Origin: Salpingoeca rosetta
Lineage: Eukaryota; Protista; Choanoflagellata
Assembly: GCA_033442325.1 (NCBI GenBank)
Contig: JAWQFM010000010.1
Location: 1,596,192-1,660,191 of the forward strand
DNA: 64,000 bases
Direction of reading: 5' to 3'
The notes under the pieces were generated by a model. It had not been told where the DNA came from, did no database searches, and saw only the letters and a program-made list of their open reading frames with translations. Within the stretch, counting starts at the first letter, position 1. The number at the start of each line of letters is the position of its first letter. Shown one piece after another: positions 63,766-64,000 of the stretch. Position numbers and translations under genes: made by a program.

Positions 63766-63868
63766 TCACGCGTGTGCAGCCTGGAAGTCGCGCATGAACT
63801 GTGCGAGCACTTCTGTCTCCTCCATCGTCGTTGCGTTGTACAGCGACGCCCGCAGCCCGCCAACAGAC
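63766..63868 (-). CDS. PSAT1: Last exon of phosphoserine aminotransferase; rest of gene beyond the right edge
   Basis: [33 protein letters not shown], matching the SerC/PSAT C-terminal motif HRSVGGxRASLYNA. Confidence 0.9.
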
Positions 63869-63916
63869 CTGCACATCCATCAGAGAAGAGCGGAAGCATG
63901 GGCATTGAGGCGGTGT

Positions 63917-64000
<84 letters not shown>

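Overview
Intron-dense eukaryotic genomic DNA in which almost every intron carries (CA)n/(GT)n microsatellites. Gene content and intron style suggest a choanoflagellate of the Salpingoeca rosetta type (inference). Most ORF-track entries are microsatellite artefacts (THTH/VCVC). By stitching exons by hand I can support about 18 spliced genes: MFSD1 (partial), an EGLN/PHD-type prolyl hydroxylase with a C-terminal PIH1/CS-like module, ZBBX-like, RFC1, GPD2, COX6A, RCHY1/Pirh2, RPS27A, an LHFPL-like tetraspan, a small ankyrin/Lys-rich protein, TUBGCP4, DNAAF9/Shulin, a p24/TMED, a sigma-like GST, SAYSD1, an unknown single-pass membrane protein, KLHDC4 and the last exon of PSAT1. Most notable: (1) the PHD-CS fusion, head-to-head with ZBBX across a ~130-bp interval containing an RFX-like GTTGCCAAC; (2) a ~316-bp compositionally foreign segment inside a GPD2 intron; (3) complementary (GU)n/(CA)n tracts at intron ends; (4) an LHFPL family member; (5) an orphan membrane protein with a thrice-repeated SSRVxVLL motif. 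Homology calls are from recalled motifs, not database searches.
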